64,000 bases of DNA. It comes from Octopus sinensis (Eukaryota). Below, in pieces: positions 24,521 through 40,002 of this stretch. A program made the translations under genes and the position numbers. Below the pieces are notes generated by a model. It was not told the DNA's origin. It worked only from the letters and a program-made list of their open reading frames with translations, and did not search any database. How positions within the stretch are numbered: position 1 is the first letter of the stretch; each line of letters starts with the position of its first letter. The DNA lies in assembly GCF_006345805.1 (NCBI RefSeq), contig NC_042997.1:2356001-2420000 (forward strand), read 5' to 3'.

Positions 24521-24748
24521 TACTCTTTTAATTGTTTCATTCATCTGAATGCAGCCATGCTGTAGCACCTCCTTTAGTCGAACAAATCGACCCCAGGACT
24601 CATTCTGTGTAAGCTTAGTTCTTCTTCTAACGGTGACTTATGACGACCCGCTAAGTTACGGGGACATAAACACACCATTATCTGTTGTTAGGCGATGGCG
24701 GGGTACAAACATTGACACACAAATACACACATACAAACACACACACAA

Positions 24749-24797
<49 letters not shown>

Positions 24798-24850
24798 CGA
24801 CGGGCTTCTTTCAGTTTCACCCTACCAAATCCTCTCACGAAAGGGCCGAG
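24521..24850 (-). mobile_element. tRNA-derived SINE (family B) lacking its 5' head, with internal CA/TA microsatellite
   Basis: CTTTAGTCGAACAAATCGACCCCAGGACT..GCTAAGTTACGGGGACATAAACACACC..ATACGACGGGCTTCTTTCAG; same family as 52170-53570. Confidence 0.85.
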
Positions 24851-25190
24851 GGTTTTCAGCTTTGAAATGTATCAAACTAGTTACAAACTAAAGACCTGTT
24901 GATTCATACTACCGGTAACACTAATATTTGCTTGGGTGGCTTTAGAACAAATTATAAAACCAATTATAATGTCTCGTAGATAATTCATATATTCCAAATA
25001 GTGTGACATTTATGAAGTTCAATGAGTAAATATAGAGGTAAAGAAAGGAAACTTCGCATATATTTACACACATACCTTTAGAAACGAGGGTTGGTGAATA
25101 TAAAGTGCAGTGTATATATTTTTATCATAGTATTATATACATGAATATGGATACATGTTTGAATGCATATATATAGTGTAAAGAACAGAG

Positions 25191-25194
<4 letters not shown>

Positions 25195-25252
<58 letters not shown>

Positions 25253-25271
25253 TATATATATATATATATAT

Positions 25272-25352
<81 letters not shown>

Positions 25353-25362
25353 TATAATATAT

Positions 25363-25411
<49 letters not shown>

Positions 25412-25446
25412 TATATATATCTATATATATATATATATATTATATA
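25195..25446. repeat. Long (CA)n-(TA)n microsatellite
   Basis: Direct reading. Confidence 0.98.
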
Positions 25447-26055
25447 TATGGGAATTTGTTTAGGAGTTTGAAAATGCACCTGGATTTGAAAAACTTGGAT
25501 TTATACACATTCTTATCAAACCTATTTCAAAATTTTTTTTTTGTTTATCTATGGTACAAATATATATAAAGCAGGGGCATTTCAACAGAGTTTAAAATTG
25601 TGAAGTAGATATCGCACATACATGTTTTAACGATCAAATGATAAAAAATTTCACAAAGATAGTTAATATCAATGTGAACGTTTGGTGAAAAGTATAACAA
25701 ATGTATATTATTGAAAGTTCGGTCATATTCAATTTTTATAGAGTACGTGGGAAAGAGAGGGAAGAGAAAGGTAAGAGAGTAAGAAAAGTATTTTTACAAT
25801 CTCTTTCGTTGTGCGTGATGTGATTTTTTTCATTTTTCCTTTGTGTACTGGCCTCTTCGCTTTTCACGTGTTTTGGGGGAATTAGAAAATATATTGTGTA
25901 TATATAAGGCTTTAATCGAAAGGATCTAATTTTTGATATTGTTATGATTTTGATGGCGTCTTACTTGGTCTGCTGGATGTTTTTGGTCAATAAATACGTC
26001 TTTGCTTTATGAAAATGTGTTTTGGTTGGTTGTTCCGAATACAGGAACAAGTTTT

Positions 26056-26081
26056 GATTGGCTGTAGGCTTTGTGACGTCA
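26056..26081 (-). promoter_or_regulatory. CRE palindrome (TGACGTCA) plus CCAAT box pair, probably belonging to a repeat
   Basis: GATTGG at 26056-26061 and TGACGTCA at 26074-26081. Function unknown. Confidence 0.3.
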
Positions 26082-26144
26082 CTTTATTTTGATATATATA
26101 TATGTATGTGTGTGTGTGTGTGCGTGTGCATATATGACACTGAG

Positions 26145-26212
<68 letters not shown>

Positions 26213-26499
26213 TTGTCGTAAGGGATGTTATATATGACAAACGAGGTATCAGCCGTGCAGGCAAATTAATAAAATATATACGTACAACATAATATATGTG
26301 TTCATATACTCATATACTCATATATAAATATACACTCGAAGTCACCACATGAGCAAAACTATCGAGAAAAATAAAAATCAAAAGTACTCCCTGTACCACA
26401 GAATAGTCACAGATCTACTACAGGTATGGTAGGAAGACATTCCAGTGAACATTAGGAACACCTTACCTCTGTTAGGTCAGCACAAACAATACTGGTGTG

Positions 26500-26556
26500 C
26501 TTGGAGACGGTTTCAAAATTAGCGCCAAATAGGTGCCTGTTTGTCTTCAGCCAAAG
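26500..26556 (-). ncRNA. Degenerate hammerhead
   Basis: Minus strand CTTTGG-CTGAAGA-CAAACAGGCACC-TATTT-GGCGCTAATTTT-GAAAC-C-GTC^TCCAAG. Core intact; helices I and II imperfect. Confidence 0.45.
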
Positions 26557-26577
26557 TTTGTCATATATATACATGCA

Positions 26578-26651
<74 letters not shown>

Positions 26652-26882
26652 CAAAGGAATTCCAACTCTGTTTTTTATGTTTTATTTATATTTTTCATAA
26701 TATTAATGTAGAATGTAGAATATAGAATATATACTATAAGTAGTATATATAGTAAAATGAAATGAAGTATTGATTGTCTTATTGAATAGATGAAATATTG
26801 AATATCAAATATTAAGGGACTATTATACTTTCTTGCATCAAAGCAGTCTTCAAGATCCCAGGTTGTGACAGGTCTGTTTCAA

Positions 26883-26940
<58 letters not shown>

Positions 26941-27509
26941 GTATTCATGTATGTATGTGAGTATGTATGTATATATGTATGTATGTATGTATATATGTAT
27001 GTACGTATGTATGTATGTAGGTAGGTAGTTAGATAGGTAGGTAGGTATGACTGTATGCAAATATATTCGGGTGGAGCGAAAACGCAACTTTCGAAATTAA
27101 TAACCAAGTATCGACATTCTTTCGCGAATTAGGTTTATAAAAAGTGGCTTAAAAAACTTTGCGATTAAATATATTTTCAGGCTCCGTATCGCAATCGAAA
27201 TTTGTAAAAATCGCTAATTTTGGTCGACGTTTGGATATCATGGATTATAAAGTCGTAATGAATACATATTTCCCGAAACAGTAAATATAGTATACTTAAG
27301 AGGCTGTATACAAAGCTTCAATACAATTGACTGTCTTGAGGTTCCGTATTTACTATAACGATAACAGGAATGTGAAATTCTCTCCTGTGTCGCTGCAACG
27401 GTCATTGCGTGTGGACGTACGTCGTACGTGTGTAAAGCTTTCAGTTTTGTACCATGATTTAGGTCATTGTATTAAAATTAATGATGGTGTTAAATTTTGT
27501 GATACGATC

Positions 27510-27882
27510 GAGTAAGTTAAACCGAAAATATCGAACTTTTATCTAAAGCACCAAGCATTACTAAAATCCGGGAAAATAGAAAAAAATGTACCATCGTTTC
27601 AAACAAAGTGCAATGCTTTATAAAACAATACAACAACAAATTTATTTGGCATCTAATTTTGTAAGCACAAATCGTTTGAAAACTGCATTTGTAGTAGACA
27701 CAAAAATGTACCACAGAGAGAACAAAATTTTTTTTAACAAACAAATCGAAAAATGCTCATTGACAGAATGGATGAAGCAGTAACTAAACTGAATTTTTAG
27801 AGGCTGATTAGAAAGAATCGGCCAGAACACAGTTGTCCTACGTCAGCAAAGGGAAGTTTAAAATGTTCGGTTTAACTGACTC
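27510..27882. mobile_element. Putative MITE with about 20-bp TIRs
   Basis: GAGTAAGTTAAACCGAAAAT vs the reverse complement of the right end GAGTCAGTTAAACCGAACAT (18/20). No TSD seen. Confidence 0.5.
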
Positions 27883-28064
27883 AGTTGTAACACAAGCTTC
27901 GGACGCCTTTTGCCAGAGAAGAATTATCCTTTCTGCTACAATCTTGACAATTTGCTTGTTTTATTTTAATATGCGTGTAATCTAGGCCTCATGTAACACA
28001 TATATTTGGTGACTTAGTATTAAGGATAATAAAGTTGAAATATCTATTTATTTCACATAAATAT

Positions 28065-28350
28065 TTCACAAAATTTCAAGTACGTTGCGGAGCTTGGAGA
28101 TAATTTTTAAAGCTTCAGATTTCAACACACTTGTTGCTAAAAAAATGTTGCAAAAGAGAATTGATTCATAACAATGGATGTAAAAAATAAAATGAGGAAC
28201 GACAAACGTGTTATAAATTGATTTTTCGTTTTTTATTCAAAATTTCAATTTTGCTGCGGAGCTTAAAGATATAAATTTAAGAACTCCAGATTTTCACACA
28301 TATTTCTAAAGATATTTGCAATAAAAAATATATTCGTAACAACATATTTC
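28065..28350 (+). repeat. Diverged tandem duplication, period about 170 bp
   Basis: CAAAATTTCAA..TGCGGAGCTT..AGATA..TTTAA..CAGATTT..ACACA..CTAAA..TGCAA..ATTC.TAACAA occurs twice. Confidence 0.7.
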
Positions 28351-31022
28351 AAAAGTATGTGTAAACAGTATCTTTTTCTCTCCGACCTCATGAATATATT
28401 TGTTTATATGTTCTGTTGTACTAAAAATGATTATGCATTAATCTGATGGGTTACTGCATGCAGTTTGTAGAGGCGAAAATTTATTATTCTGAAACAAGAA
28501 TATTATAGAGAGTATATATATATATATGAATTATTTAAGGTTCGAGATCCGTAATCACCCCTTGCACGATATTTCTGAACGCACATGCGTATCTGAACAA
28601 TGTATTTTTATTTCGGTGATGTATGTTGTACCCTTTCTATTGTCTACTAGCCGTCTTCCTCGCCTGCATGTCGCGAACTATCGGTTATTTTGTTTAAAGG
28701 AGTGATATACTACGGAATTTCTTAAGAAATATTTAATAAATTTACTGATGTTGAAATGTTGCTTCAGAATATATTTTTACTAAAAACACTTTTTACCCGA
28801 GAAGACCGGTAACATATTTAGATATTAATTATTCTCTACGATAGCACAAATAGGGGTATATATTAACCAATCCAAAAGAAAATTTTTCATACATTTGCCA
28901 GTGTCCAAAAAATTCCAGCATTTATTTTAAACGCCTCTGTTTGTAACGAGAGATGCCGAGTTATTACGGCTCTCACTCGTGTTGACTGTACTTATATTGT
29001 AAAACATGAAATATTGAGTGACTATGAGAGTCTAAAGAAAGTATAATTTTCCTATCTTTAGTTTAAATTACACTGATTTGAAATCTTACAATACAAAGAG
29101 GCGGTTCTACGTGAAGATCATGATTTATACTTGAAAACATTAATGAAAGGAACAGAGTACTAAACATCTAATTGCTACTAAACCCCCAATTCCTTTTTAT
29201 CCAATTTTAGTATTTTAAGGAATAAAACTTTCTTCCCTTACTAATGAACGAGATATTATCCAAAGAGAAATGTGTCAACGGATTCATTTTTGGTAAGCCA
29301 TACTGATGTGAGAATGGTAAAGTTCCATATGCATACTATCTATTTAGATTTTTCCCTCTGTGCGTTAAAGCCTCTTAGCTTATATTGAGTTCAGTTTTAC
29401 GTCAATGTTGCCTTAGAAATATCTAGCTATTATACGCACAGTAAAAATAAATTAATGTTATGTTGTATGAAGTTACCCATAACCTACATATATATATATA
29501 ACAAAGCTGGAATAAAGATATAAACGTGTGGCAAATTGACTTTTACACTGAGAATGAACAACACGCTAAAGCGATCTTTAGTATATCTGTGGCCATTGAC
29601 GACAGTAAGAGGAATGAATTATTGGAGCATATTATAAATCGAGAGGGGCATTAACCTTTTGCACCTCTGAGAAAGTTCCAGGTATGTGACGGATACTAAT
29701 TGCATTTTATATCACTTGATTTGTGAGCTTCGGATTACTAATTAGTTTATCATTGAAATTTTATGGTTACGTCACGCGTTAGAGGCAGTAATCTTCTTAT
29801 GGCAAGATAAATGCTTAAAATCAAACATAAAACAACTACATGAAACAAACTCGTACAAGGAAAAACATTTTAGATAAAAAAGAGTAAAAACTTGAAAAGT
29901 AAATAAAATCAATTAAATTCGATATGGCAAATTATTAAATTATTACAGGTTGTGGAAACTTACAGCTTGTAAAATAATAATGTCACGAGGTGATGTGCCA
30001 AATGTTTGCAAAGAGATTCGAACTTTTGCGTTTCAAGAAGTTGTGATATTTATAGTAATTAATTACTTTTTAAATGTATATCAACAGCTCTATACTTATG
30101 AGGTTTGATATCTTGTAACAATGACCTTAATTGTTTCTTGTATGAAAAACATGTCAGACTATCTGTCTCCATAGCCGTTCCGTTATATTAAATATGAAAA
30201 GATAATGCGTAATATCTTCAAAATATATCCCTCGTACTTAAAGATGCTAAAAATAGCCATACGATTTGTGATTTTTGCAAATAAAAATGGAAATTTTAAT
30301 TATGTTTTTCGCTTTATCATTCAGTGTATCTCTTCTAACGTAACTACGTATGTAAGGAGTGTTAAGTCAGCACATGATTCCGTTATTATTATTATTTAAA
30401 TTTCATATGACTTAGATATACTCGTACATGAGGTTTTACATAAGTAGATGTGAAAAGGAGAATAGTGTGAGCTATCTAACAAGACTGTTTTCACGAAAAT
30501 CGAATAAATAGATGGATTTAGAGAAACTTAGATTAAACATTTTTACTGCTATATTTTAGATATTGTTAACAATTTCCCTGAATGTCAGTTTGACTTATTC
30601 ATTAATATAAATCTCTCCTCAAAAGATATATATTTTCTATATTGGCGTAAAATGATTAATTACATGGTAAATGTAGAAATTCGTTTCTCTTTGTATTATA
30701 TGAATTTTTGTATGAGCAGCGTTAAACATTCAGAGAATCATTAAAATTTCGTATGATATTTTATATGAATTTAATTTTGCGAAATAAAGCTTTATGTAGC
30801 TGTCGACAAAATATAAAATGAAAACTTATTATTAAGGAAATAAAACATTTTACATACACAGACGTTTTATGAGTTTTACGTTTCTTTGTAATTCTACATG
30901 TAATATCCTAGTGTGTTTTATATAAAATATATTTTGCACATTGCACTTATAAATGAATATAACATTCGTCTATCTATGAACATATATATATATATAAACA
31001 TTATATTTATATGCATTATATA

Positions 31023-31096
<74 letters not shown>

Positions 31097-31099
31097 TAT

Positions 31100-31142
<43 letters not shown>

Positions 31143-32299
31143 GAATATATATATGCATGTATCTATACATACAGTCCTTATTATTATTACTACATCTGCT
31201 GCGTGATAAATAAAGTAATATTCCTCATACAAAGATACGAGATATCAAATTTTACAGTACAATGCAAAGAACGTTTTATTTAGTAGTAAAATCAGTGAAG
31301 ATTGATGTCGAATTTTAAAGTCTAAGTTGGTTGAACTACTTCAGTTTTTATAGGTTGTGAAATGTTAACGTATCAGTAATGTTTGAAATGTACGTATTTC
31401 AAAGTATATAATGTTTCATTGGATAAAATCTAAAATGCTGCATCTTATTTACACAGCATATAATATTGCTTTGACTAACAAGTTGTAATTCATAAAACGA
31501 ACGTGAAGTTTGTTGTATAAATTACGTAAGTTTAAGAAAGCAGAATATAAATCCAATAACACTGAACCGTTGTGAATGTAATGAATCCATTGTACAATCA
31601 CTGATTCATTACTTCCTATAACGTTTTGTCTTCAATATATTACTTTATACAAATTTGGCAAATTCTGTGACATTCCTGAATTGTTTCTGATATATTTAAT
31701 GCAGAATAAACTATGATGTCTGTGAAGATTGAGGAAATTCCCAATGCTTAGATAGATTTTCCTATTGTTAGATACATAGTGATACGATAAAACAATGGTT
31801 AGGAGATAATAACGTTGTCCCCAATAGATGCTTGTTAAAACTAAGTGATTTACTAAGAGATTCAACTCTATAAGGTACACTAATTGTATATATAACTACT
31901 CGTATTTTATTTGTTATTAAACATTCAAATTTTATCAGGATGTGTGCACTAAAACAGAATCAAGGCAGTATGATAACCGATTGATGAAAAACTGAATTAG
32001 GAATTCCGTTGGTCGCATGATGATTTATATTCACAATTTTATGTTCTCAGATTTTGGATAATTCGTGAGGAATTATTTGTAAAAATTATGTTGGCGTACC
32101 TTCAGTTTTTCAGTTTATTATATCATATTTACAGTTTTTATGCATAATTTAGTCGTATGTTTTTCTGAAACTTGATAAATGATATATATTGTTTTTTTGT
32201 TTTTTTGTCGGTTTTGAAGAAAATACGTTTGTAAAGGTCACGAAAATTGTTATATATATATACACATATATATGTACACACATATATATATATATATAT

Positions 32300-32381
<82 letters not shown>

Positions 32382-33735
32382 GTATCTTCAATATAAGTAG
32401 AACTATATGGAAAATAAAAATGAAAGCAAACATTAAATGTGTATCAAATGTGTAAGAAAATTTACTTATATCTATCTACCCGGTTTCGTAGTCTTAGTAT
32501 TTTTTATAAGTATTGAAAATTCATGAGTCTTGTATCTATTTCAATACTTATCTTCACGCTGTGTCTTTATTAGATGTTTAACACATATCGCATGCTGTGA
32601 TTTTGTTTCACTATCTATTTTTGCATTTTCTTCCCTCACAGCTAACCATATTTCTGAAATACAAAAGAGATAGGCAATCTAGTTGTCACATGGGAAAAGC
32701 ATTTTCAGAGTTGTCAACATTTATAAAGAAAGCAAATGTAGATTTATGATGGCAAAATTCCAAACAGAGAATATATACCATAAAGATCGTTTTGCAATTA
32801 TTTGTCGATGCGTGACAAAGTGATATTAACCCTTAAAACATTAAGGGCGCATTCAAAATAGCAACTTACATTTAAAATATGTAAACGTTCAAGAAAATGA
32901 TTCACCAGGTTGGCATTGATAGTTACTCCATATCAATCACAGTGTGTGCATATCTGCAGAAAAATATGAGATATGTATGGTGTGAAGCGCCGCAGAAATG
33001 TGTTGTATATTAACATATAATTTTATGTTGGGAATTTCTGTCATAATCATGATATTTAAAGCTGGTTACGTTGAAAATAGTGAAAGATTTTCAGGTCTGA
33101 TTCTTTTTGCTTACTGAAGATACTTCAGTCATGACTTTTGTTTTCACATTTGTAGTTCCATTTACTTTAAATGATATTGAACAAATTTGTTTTCAAAGAT
33201 ATTTGAGGCCCCTTACATGACGTAGCAAAATCTGTTCTTAGAAATGGTGAGAATACCGGTTATTTTGAAACTGAAAATATACGTTTGTGAACATTTTTGA
33301 TATGATAGAGCAAAATGGATTTCCTTTTTCGTACCAGTTCACCAATATTACTACGAAACATGTATCTAATACCAGACAACAAAACCATGTTTCATAGTTT
33401 TATATACTCGCTTTATGTTAGCATTTAAGCCATTAAAGTCCATATATCAGACACTAACGAGGGTTTTAGTAAATAAGGTTATTATCTGTTTCTTTTCTAA
33501 TTTCATATATATATGTATGTAGTTCAGGAATATAACTACACATGTGCTGTTAGTGATACGTTTTTACTTTTTGGACTTTTCCCTTCTTCCGTTCCGAAGA
33601 AAGACTATAGCCGAAAGAAGATACACCCTCTCCTTCATTTCAGCGCCAAACTAATAATTCCTTATACGCTGCCCCTTGTGGTTTCTTATTGTTAATTTTA
33701 ATGTTCTTTTATCTGAGTTTAGTATATGTATAGAG

Positions 33736-33787
<52 letters not shown>

Positions 33788-33897
33788 ATGTAGCTATATA
33801 TCTATATATATTTATATACAGAGGGAGAGAGAGAGATAGGGTGAGAGAGGAAGAGGGAGAGAAAGAAAGTGAGAGAGAAAGAAAGAGAGAGAAAAAC

Positions 33898-33931
<34 letters not shown>

Positions 33932-33935
33932 TATA

Positions 33936-34767
33936 CAAGGTGTGCTGAATATTATAGTCTAAATTCTGCAAATATGAGAAAACACTGACGTCTGATTTTA
34001 ACAGATATACTTATCAATATTACATAGAGATGTTTTGAAATAGTAAAGATTAAATTTATTCAATAAAATCTCCATTGGCTTCAACCACGATCTCCAGACG
34101 ACTTTGGAATCTCCTGCAGATATGCTGGTCAGACTCTTTATTTAAGTTGGTGAATTGCAACAATCCTTGCCTTCAGTTCATCTTTGGTATTACAAGAAGT
34201 TTTGTCGGTCTCTCGCTCAAAGGCACCCCACGCATAATAATTAAGTAGGAGATAGGTGGCCGGATATTAGGAGTCGTGAGGTTGCAGATATTGTCTGACA
34301 GCCACGACTGGGTTATCTTGCTTGTGTAGTATGGTGCAGAGTCCTGTTGCCAGACATAGTGTCTTCCTGCAGCCACCCTCTTTACCCAGGGCAGCACTAC
34401 CTCATCCAGTCCTTTGATGTAGGCTTCCGTGTTGAATCTGAGGCCTTATGTGAAGACTAATGATCTCTACAAACACCATAATGTTGACTAGATGTTTGAT
34501 TTTATCACTCTCGCTACAAGCTTTCGGAACACGGCAACCCAACGGTTGTTCTGTATTGGAGCTTCCAGCGCGAATGCCAAGCATTTCAGCATGTCGTTTC
34601 CAGATTTCTGGAATTGTATGTAGTGAATTGTATGATGGCGCTACCGTTCTCACAGGCGTGGCCCAACTGAATCTACTATACTGTGGAGTTGACAAAACCC
34701 AAAACAAACATGACGCACGCGCGAAGTTAAAAATATGAAGGTGCCACAATTTACTCATCGCATACTG
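33936..34767 (-). mobile_element. Internally deleted Tc1/mariner relic, maT/DD37D-like
   Basis: IKHLVNIMVF.., LPWVKRVAAGRHYVWQQDSAPYYTSKITQSWLS..NIRPP.., RRFQSRLEIVVEANGDF. Degenerate TIRs (CAAGGTGTGCTGA / CAGTATGCGATGA) flanked by TA. Confidence 0.88.
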
Positions 34768-36164
34768 TATATACATACACACACACACACATACACACAC
34801 ACATATATATACATATATATATAAATCATGCATATGCATGTGTCGGTATATACGTATATATATGATGTGTGTGTCAATGTGTACGTGTTTACGCCTGTTT
34901 ATGTGTGGAATCGCCTCATCCTACGGCATTTTATTATGCAAGTTTGCAACGTACACTGGACGTCGATACAACCACTCATTGAACAATAGATATATAAATT
35001 ATAAAATGCATAAAACTATATTAAATGTAGAGACATTTTTATTTTTAAAACGGCTATATTTCTTAAGAAATTGCTTGATATTTTAAAAAATCATAACAGA
35101 AATTCGATCCATAAGTTTTAGTTTGATTTTTACATTTACCCCAAATTAATTATGGGCATAAGGTGGAGAATGTTAGTATGTATATTCTGAATGGAAATAT
35201 GCCTTTGCATCTGTCTGTATGTGGGAATTGAAACAATACTATACACATATGTACATGTTTGCACAAATGAATGGAATATGTGTATGCATATACGAAAAAC
35301 TGTACTAACGTTTTATTCATCACCTTTTAGTGTATTACTACACAGTTATTGTGTCTGTCGGTGTGAGTGTATTACAGCTAGAGCGTGAAGAAAATGTATT
35401 TGGTCAAATATTATTAAAAACTATATCAGTCAGGGGCTGAAAGTGATTGAAGCACTCACAAAAATGTTAATTTGTTTTGAAAGATAATTATTTGGGGGAA
35501 AAAATATTTTTAAAAAAAAGAAGAAAGGTTTAAGTAGTGATGACTCTGATGTAGCAACAGTTTTTGCAACCAAAATTTCAATGAAAACAAGTAAAAAAAA
35601 ACTAAAGATTTTACACGTAGAAATTTAAAAATTTAGTGAATACATTCTGAGACAATTCATCATTTGATCATTATCATCATCCATTAATTTCTTCCTAGTC
35701 GTTCGCTTACTGCATCTTAATGATTTTTTCCCGGTAGCCCATCAATACCATAAGCAAATTGCTCAATTAATTCCTCATTTGTAACTTGATCGCGTATAAA
35801 ATTTTTTCACGAGTGTATGCAATGTGGAATATGTAATAGCGAAATCTTTGCTAAAAAAAGGCAGTACATCAATCTTCAATTATTACTAGATGACAAATGA
35901 TTTTGTACATATGCATGCACGCTCCCACATTCTTTATATAATCTTGTTCGTCGATGTTTACCATATCGAAAGCTCGGTATTTTCAAAATTCTCAAAGATA
36001 ACGTAGGAAATATTTAATTTTAACTGTCTTTTCCTATATAACATCAAATGAAAGCAGAAATGAAAGGTTTGAAATAATTTCAAAATAAATACATGTTACC
36101 GAATTTCCCTCTCACCAATCTCAAATAATATGAAATGAATTTTCATTTAACAACACAGCAAAGT

Positions 36165-36375
36165 GGCAACCCGGCAGAATAATTAGCCCGCCGAGCAAAA
36201 TGCTTTGTAGCATTTCATTAGCCTTCACGGTTTGAGTTTAAATTTTGCACAGGGAGATATTTGCCTTCCATATTTTTAGGGTCGGTAAAATAAGTACTTC
36301 TTGAACATAGGAGTCAATTGATTTGACTTACTCCAGCTCCGAGGTTGCTGGCGTGGTGTCAAAATTTTGAAACGA
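36165..36375 (+). mobile_element. tRNA-derived SINE (family A), old copy
   Basis: GGCAGAATAATTAGCCCGCCGAGCAAAATGC..GAGTTTAAATT..TTTGCCTTCCAT..GGGTCGGTAAAATAAGTAC. Confidence 0.8.
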
Positions 36376-36633
36376 TGTAAAAATACAGTGGAAAGGGGAA
36401 ACTGCACCCTCAAAAGATCTACATTAGAAAAAATAATTTGAAAACGCATTTAACGCTGCCATTTCAAATTTGATCTTTACAGGCTCTCAGGGGAAAGGAG
36501 TCTTTGTTTCCTACTTATATGCAGGATTTCTGGTAAGGGGTTTTAAATTGATAATTAGTAAAAGTGTAGAAAAAGAAAATAGAGGTGTAACCAATGTATG
36601 ACAGATATATGTACACATTTACGCCGCATCTCG

Positions 36634-36713
<80 letters not shown>

Positions 36714-36802
36714 GGAGTAAACACATAAATGTGAAACAAGGTTGCCGGCAACGGGAAACTCAGAGTAACAGGTTTTGTTGAATTTTCTGCTGCTTAAATA
36801 AA

Positions 36803-36836
<34 letters not shown>

Positions 36837-37914
36837 CAAATAATAAGCTGGAGCAAAATCAAATGTTTGATCCGTAAACCAGCTACAAATATAAGGAAAC
36901 AAGTTTAGACAGATTTAGTAAGTAAATATATGCAAATTTTCATAATTCATTACATATACGTTTCCTCTACAAAGAAAGTATCTAAGTATATCGTTTTCAG
37001 AATCTTCATGCCGTTGAATTATTTCCAAAAAGCCGTTGGTGGGGAAGAAGAACAGCACCTTCTTCTGAGACGTTGTGTCATATATTCATCGATATTAAAC
37101 GAAATTAGAGATTATTTTCGCACTTAATCCTTACTGGATAAGATGAAAGTATATGTAAAGGTTGCTGGGTCGTCATTTCGAAGAAATGACATATAAATTG
37201 AATGTGTCTAATTTTTATCACATATCCCATTTATAAATGTATTGACAGACTCATAGATAACGTTTGAGAAACCATGAAGATTTAGCCTAGGTATTTCTTC
37301 ATCAGTCATCACGCAAATTCAATCGTAGCTACAGGCAAAAATAATTTATATCATGTAAAATCATGAAGATTGAATGAGATGTATATTACTACAAAATTTA
37401 AAGTTGGCTAAATAACTCTGTAATTATTTCGCGGAGGAGAAGTCTGTTTTTATTCCGTATTAAATATTTTATCTAAGTAATATTTTAGCTAACAGTGGTA
37501 CATTATTATGTTACAAAATATACACTATAATCAATACTATGCTGAAGACAAGAATAATTTATAATGTACTGTACTGCAATGATATATAAGATCTACTACT
37601 CATAATACATATTCTTAATCATAATGCATATGGACTAGATAAACATCTCTAGATAGACTTCTGTAGATAAACATCTATAAAAGTATATTTTTACAAGTAT
37701 TGAATGAAATTTTGTTTGTGGTTTTGATAAAGAGTCAATTTTATATAAAATCGTTCGATGAATATTGAAGTAAGAAAGAGTTGTTCGATGAGAAGTTGGT
37801 TGGTTAATAAATCAGAACAATATTTTGATAAACAGTGACTTCGGGAGTCATATATTTGTATATATATATGATCCGGTATTTGTTAATTGGTACAATCTTT
37901 GAAAAATATTGATT

Positions 37915-38070
37915 TTAAATTTTTGCACAAAGCCAGCAATTTGGGGAAGTGAATGAAGTGATTACATCGACCCGATGGTACACTTTGTACTTAGCGCCCC
38001 GATTATATGAAATCAGAACGTGAAAACGGACAAACGCCGCTAGGAATTTGCCCTGCGTACTTAGAAATTT
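37915..38070 (-). mobile_element. Very degenerate SINE (family A) fragment
   Basis: GCCAGCAATTTGGGG..GATTACATCGACCC..CAGAACGTGAAAACGGACAAACGCCGCTA. Confidence 0.6.
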
Positions 38071-38446
38071 TGGAGCTAGGTGCCTTAATATTTGCAAAAT
38101 ATTGAAAGGAGACAAATTAATGACCACTTTCCTTACCCTATGGGGTAAGGAAAATAATCTATAAAATTTGTACAAACTGCAGTTGTAACTGGTCACCGGA
38201 TTGAATCAACTTCTTATATACACGTTCAAATCGAAGAAATTTTAAATAACCTTTATTGTAAATTATAATGTTAAATCTCTACATATTTAATAAGCTAGTA
38301 ATTAATCCGAGTTGCTGCCAATGAACACTTATATATATAATTGTGATTAACTAAACTCTTTATAACACCGGTCATTTAAAGTATTTAATTAGAGTAAGTT
38401 GAAGATAATTAATTAATGTCTTACAGCTGTTTCTATAATATCTCAG

Positions 38447-38496
38447 GTGATGGGTCCGCATCTCCATACACCTGGTATCCCGTCATCGGAGACAAG
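38447..38496 (+). CDS. Candidate 50-nt internal exon ((G)DGSASPYTWYPVIGDK in phase 1-0, or VMGPHLHTPGIPSSET in phase 0-2)
   Basis: Acceptor TTTCTATAATATCTCAG|G and consensus donor AAG|GTGAGT; GC-rich relative to flanks. Product unknown. Confidence 0.4.
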
Positions 38497-38714
38497 GTGA
38501 GTATGCAGGAAAAATTTCTACAGAATTCACAGTACATAAAAGCCTAAAACAGTAGATGGATGAATAAAGAGTAAAGTAGTAGATAGGAGAATAAATAATA
38601 AATCAGTAGATAGAAGTAAAATGACGGGCGAATAAAGTTTACAACTCATTTTATACCAAAGGTTATGGACGTTCGTTCGTACATCCGTGAAGGTATAGGT
38701 CTTTAAGTACACGC

Positions 38715-38850
<136 letters not shown>

Positions 38851-40002
38851 CACACACACATATATATCAATATTGTAGTTATGCATATCCCGGTGTATTT
38901 GACACACCTCGAAATGTCTTCACCAGTATAGTTCCTGGAGATGAAAATACGTCGTAGTCCATTCCTGTGCATCACCATATACAGTTCAATATACGCACTA
39001 CAATTTACAGTCAACTTACATAATTATAATTGACAAATCTATTCCCAGTAAGTTTGGCTCCTTATCAAGATCTTCTGAATTTTATGCATTTCAGCCAACA
39101 TCTTATTCTTAAGAATATATCAATAAAGCTGCTGGCATCATTATTGGAAACAGTTACATTGTTGTAATATCTATCTATTCTAGATATTACTTCTTATCTA
39201 GCAACATAGGACCAGGTTTCGGTCGGCAAGGTTTAACACATAATTACTTTAATAATCCACATAATATGCGCTCGCTCCATCGCTAAAAGATCAAATTGTA
39301 CTTATTTAGGTATGCATAAAATATGATACGCGATTCTAAATAAGAAAGATATATTCGAATTAGCTATTGATCCAATTCAACGGGAGTGCGGACCATATGT
39401 GGCGAATAAAATTATTTATAAAGGAATGACATGACCAACACATACAGTACCTTATTTCATTCAAAATAATTCTAAAGAGAGAGTGTCTGGTAAAAGATAC
39501 TTGCGAAACTGCCATAGAGCAGAAAAGTACACGGATTATTTTTTAATATAATTGTTTCTTTTTATGTACTTCATTGAAGGTGACTCCTATGAACATATAT
39601 AAATACACACACAGATATAAATGCATCTAGGCACGTATGATTGTATACATGTGCGTTTAAACTTATATATATATATCTATCTTTATAATGATACGTTGAA
39701 AAATCGAGACAGTACTTTCTTTTTCCATTAATGAAGGAAATCTACGCAGAAGAATAACTGCAAAAATAATTTAGAAAATCGGGTAAAAATACACATATAA
39801 ACGGAAATATAATGGGTAGCAGCAACTACAGAGCGTTGAACACTGTACCCCTCAAAATCTGGGAGAATGGCATGCACAATTGTACTAAACGACAGTTCAA
39901 GACGGTGTTTTTCATAGAGCTAAATTGCAGTGTTTGGAATGCGAGGACCTTTTCATAAACAGATATTGAAACGTCGAATGAGTTGGTATTTTAACTTTTT
40001 AG

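Noticed and set aside
32460-32560. Hammerhead-like order on the minus strand (GTGAAGA..hairpin..GAAACCGGGTA); similar weak cases near 5925, 37045 and 37260
   Set aside because: Core substitutions plus unpaired helix I; cannot be distinguished from chance without a family consensus.
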